Positions 60,981 through 64,000 of a DNA stretch of 64,000 nucleotides are shown one piece after another (position 1 is the first letter of the stretch; every line of letters starts with the position of its first letter). The notes below the pieces were generated by a model. It made no database searches, was not told the origin of the DNA, and worked only from the letters and a program-made list of their open reading frames with translations. Both the position numbers and the translations under genes were made by a program. This DNA is from Rickettsiales bacterium (GTDB lineage Bacteria > Pseudomonadota > Alphaproteobacteria > Rickettsiales > UBA1997): NCBI GenBank assembly GCA_021298605.1, contig JAJTDS010000004.1, positions 24,099-88,098 of the forward strand, in the 5' to 3' direction.

Positions 60981-61328
60981 TACTTATTGATAAAATATTA
61001 ATAATAGATAATAACCCTCATTTAAGGTCTTAAAATATCGAAAAATTTGATGCTTTTTGTCGGCTTATTCAAAGGCTAGAATTTAAATATAGCAAAATAT
61101 TTGTAAAGATTTTTTTATAAAAATGCCAATAAAGATGTAGGTAATTCTAGAATATTAAACTTTTAATTCAACACTCCATAATTTAGAATGATATTGAATT
61201 TAATTTTATTAAATATTAACAATTATGATGATATATAACTTTAAAATAATATTATTATTTACGAAATCTATAATTGCAAGATATTTTTTTTAATATTATA
61301 AAGTATTACAAAGTATTAAAATTAATAA

Positions 61329-63170
61329 TTAAACTGCATTAATATCTTTTTGAATATACTCCTTAGCTTGATGACCAAGTAATATTTCATTATGTGAAGC
61401 ACCAGCAGGAATCATCGGAAATACATTTTCTGCAGAATCAACCACACAATCAAATAAAACCGGCCCATCATGATTAATAAATTGAATAATTTTAGATTCC
61501 AATTCTTGTGGAGCTTCTGCTCTTAAACCTAATATTCCAAAACTCTCGGCGAGCTTTACAAAATCAGGAAGAGACTTCATGTAAGATTGGCTCTGACGAT
61601 TCTCGTAGGTTAATTCTTGCCATTGTCTCACCATACCCATATATTGATTATTGAGGATAATAATTTTAACTGGCAAATTATATTGCTTAATGGTTGATAA
61701 TTCCTGCATATTCATTAAAAAACTTGCATCACCACTAACACAAATTGCCAAACTATCAGGGTTAGCAATTTGAGCACCTATTACTGCCGGAACACCATAA
61801 CCCATGGTTCCAAGCCCCCCAGAGGTAAGCCATTTTTTAGGTTCATCAAATTCAATATATTGAGCCGTCCACATTTGATGCTGACCTACATCAGTAGAAA
61901 CAAATGGCTTTCTAGATTTAACAATTTTATTAAGAGTTTGTAGAGCAAATTCTGGCTTGATAGATTCCTTACTATTTTGATAGCTAAGAGATTTTACCGC
62001 TCTCCACTTTGATATTATTTGCCACCAATTATCAATATTAGCGGGTTGAGAATTTTGAGCTTTTTGTTCCCATCCTTCTATAAGCATTTTTATTCCATCT
62101 TTTGCATCACCAATAATTTCTAAGTCAACTTTAATAATTTTATTAATCGAGCATTCATCAATATCGAGATGAATTTTTTTAGAATCAGGAGAAAACCCAC
62201 TCACCTTACCCGTTACTCTATCATCAAACCTTGCCCCAATGTTAATCATTAAATCGCAATCATGCATTGCCATATTGGCTTCGTAGGTGCCGTGCATACC
62301 AAGCATTCCAATAAATTGCTGATTCGAAGCAGGAAAAGCTCCCAATCCCATTAAGGTGCTAGTAATTGGAAATGATGTTATTTTTACTAACTTAGTTAAA
62401 AGTTCGCTAGCAATATCTCCTGAATTAATTACACCACCTCCCGTATAGAATATTGGTCTCTTGGCATTGAACATCATTTCTATCGCCTTATCTATTGCTT
62501 CTTTTTTAATTTCAGTTTTTTTTGCCTTATATTTAGTAGAGAGCCTTGTAATTAGTGGCTTTCCATGATAAAAACCATGATTATTTTGGACATCCTTAGG
62601 TACATCTATTAGAACTGGCCCCGGTCTTCCCGATCTAGCTATTTCAAAAGCTTCATGAATTATATGCCCAAGATCATTAACATCTTTAACTAAATAATTA
62701 TGCTTAGTACAAGAACGGGTAAGACCAGTAATATCAGCTTCTTGAAAACCATCTGTACCAAGCACAGCAGTAGAAACCTGCCCCGAAATACAAACCAAAG
62801 GAATAGAGTCAAGAAAGGCATCTGCAAGCCCTGTAATTGTATTAGTTGCACCAGGGCCAGAAGTTACAGTAATAACACCAACCTTGCCAGTTGAGCGGGC
62901 ATAACCTTCAGCGGAATGAGAAGCACCTTGTTCATGTCTTGTTAAAATATGCTGAATTTTATCTTGCAAGAATAAAGCATCATAAAGAGGCAATATTGCT
63001 CCTCCGGGATAGCCAAATATTGTATCAACTCCTTCATTTATAAGAGCTTGAACGATAATTTCTGCTCCCGTTAATTTATTTTGAAAATTATGATGTAAAT
63101 TTTTTACTGAATTATCTAAAATATCTTGCGAATTGTTAAAAAAAGATTGATTATTTTCTTTATTGGTCAT
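61329..63170 (-). CDS. ilvB: Acetolactate synthase large subunit
   Basis: TPP-enzyme motifs 'GYPGGAILP', 'GPGATN' and 'GLGTMGYGVPAVIGA...SGDASFLMN'. I prefer the ATG at 63170 to the TTG at 63239. Confidence 0.95.
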   Translation of the reverse strand: MTNKENNQSFFNNSQDILDNSVKNLHHNFQNKLTGAEIIVQALINEGVDTIFGYPGGAILPLYDALFLQDKIQHILTRHEQGASHSAEGYARSTGKVGVITVTSGPGATNTITGLADAFLDSIPLVCISGQVSTAVLGTDGFQEADITGLTRSCTKHNYLVKDVNDLGHIIHEAFEIARSGRPGPVLIDVPKDVQNNHGFYHGKPLITRLSTKYKAKKTEIKKEAIDKAIEMMFNAKRPIFYTGGGVINSGDIASELLTKLVKITSFPITSTLMGLGAFPASNQQFIGMLGMHGTYEANMAMHDCDLMINIGARFDDRVTGKVSGFSPDSKKIHLDIDECSINKIIKVDLEIIGDAKDGIKMLIEGWEQKAQNSQPANIDNWWQIISKWRAVKSLSYQNSKESIKPEFALQTLNKIVKSRKPFVSTDVGQHQMWTAQYIEFDEPKKWLTSGGLGTMGYGVPAVIGAQIANPDSLAICVSGDASFLMNMQELSTIKQYNLPVKIIILNNQYMGMVRQWQELTYENRQSQSYMKSLPDFVKLAESFGILGLRAEAPQELESKIIQFINHDGPVLFDCVVDSAENVFPMIPAGASHNEILLGHQAKEYIQKDINAV

Positions 63171-63257
63171 TTTATTAAAATTTGATAAATTAATTAGCTT
63201 TAAAACAGCAATATTAACATAATTATCAATTGTTAGCAAGTATTTTTTAATTATTTT

Positions 63258-64000
63258 ATGAGTTTATGGAATAAAAAAGAGCTTTTAGAGTCTCTAAAGT
63301 CGCAGATTATAAAGTATAATTTTGCATCAATAGAAGAAATAGATAATATTTCCAAAGTAACGATAGATAGCAGAAAAAGTGATAAAAACAGCCTTTTTAT
63401 TGCCTTAAAAGGCGAAAATCAAGATGGAAACAGCTTCCTGCCTCAAATAGTTCATAATGGTTGCACCATTGCAATTATTAGCGATGAAGCAATTTATAAA
63501 AATTATCAAAATAATGAAATAAAATTAATTCTTGTTAAAGATGGGTTTGCATCTTTAAATTTATTAGCACAATATTCAAGAAACAGGAGCCAAGCACTAA
63601 TTATTGCTATAACTGGCTCGGTTGGCAAAACTACCAGTAAGGAAATGCTAAAATTAGCACTTAGTCAATATAAAAAAACTTTTGCAAATGAAGGAAATTT
63701 AAATAATCACATTGGTATGCCGCTTTCCTTAGTTAATCTTGATATTAGCTATGAGGTTGCTATTTTTGAAATGGGAATGAATCATTCAGGAGAAATATCT
63801 GCACTATCAGAAATTGCCAAACCACATATTGCAATCATTACTAATATTGGCACCGCACATTTAGAATTTTTTAAAAGTCAACAGGAAATTGCTTTGGCAA
63901 AAGCTGAAATATTTAATCACTTAACTAATTTCAAAGGTCAAATACCGCAAATTATTCTCAATGGCGATAGCGAATTTTATAAATTTCTCAAAGAGATTGC
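63258..64000 (+). CDS. murF: UDP-N-acetylmuramoyl-tripeptide--D-alanyl-D-alanine ligase, N-terminal part (runs off the window)
   Basis: Hand translation gives 'MSLWNKKELL...TIDSRKSDKNSLFIALKGENQDG...ITGSVGKTTSKEM...GNLNNHIGMPLSL'. It is absent from the ORF track because no stop falls inside the window. Confidence 0.9.
   Translation, partial: MSLWNKKELLESLKSQIIKYNFASIEEIDNISKVTIDSRKSDKNSLFIALKGENQDGNSFLPQIVHNGCTIAIISDEAIYKNYQNNEIKLILVKDGFASLNLLAQYSRNRSQALIIAITGSVGKTTSKEMLKLALSQYKKTFANEGNLNNHIGMPLSLVNLDISYEVAIFEMGMNHSGEISALSEIAKPHIAIITNIGTAHLEFFKSQQEIALAKAEIFNHLTNFKGQIPQIILNGDSEFYKFLKEI

Noticed and set aside
1-64000. A whole-window scan for CRISPR arrays, tRNA/rRNA/tmRNA genes, IS elements, integrases and prophage blocks.
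   Set aside because: I saw no regularly spaced direct repeats, no GC-rich cloverleaf-sized islands in the intergenic regions, and no transposase- or integrase-like ORFs in the six-frame track.

Overview
AT-rich window (roughly 30% G+C by eye, not computed) with tightly packed genes and the standard genetic code. It looks like a chromosomal core region of an alphaproteobacterium. Supporting this are the rpmF-plsX-fabH and lepB-rnc operons and the frr-uppS-cdsA run. Homologues of ELM1, NDUFA9 and CobT, typical of alphaproteobacteria, are also present. I support about 60 protein-coding genes, almost all housekeeping: translation, envelope and peptidoglycan, lipid, amino-acid and nucleotide metabolism, and the ClpXP/GrpE/HtrA quality-control proteins. 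I could not find any rRNA, tRNA, CRISPR array, transposase or integrase.

The accessory content is small but clear:
- An intact two-gene type II R-M cassette (31697-33501). Its m5C methyltransferase is HaeIII/NgoPII-like, so the predicted site is GGCC.
- A heavily decayed defence-type (Abi/UG-like) reverse transcriptase pseudogene (53085-54066), next to a nested GC-rich palindrome.
- A decayed Dam-family methyltransferase pseudogene (24251-24843), next to a perfect GC-rich hairpin.

Other oddities:
- A carB ORF that stops exactly at the half-molecule domain boundary and has its own terminator.
- A ribH with an in-frame deletion of the active-site segment.
- A large membrane protein frameshifted in a region with poly-A tracts.
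- Two paralogous Cys-motif lipoproteins.
- Candidate NrdR boxes upstream of nrdA.

I did not find a convincing intact multi-gene system of unknown function. The most unusual material is decayed or structural and needs database and genome-wide checks.
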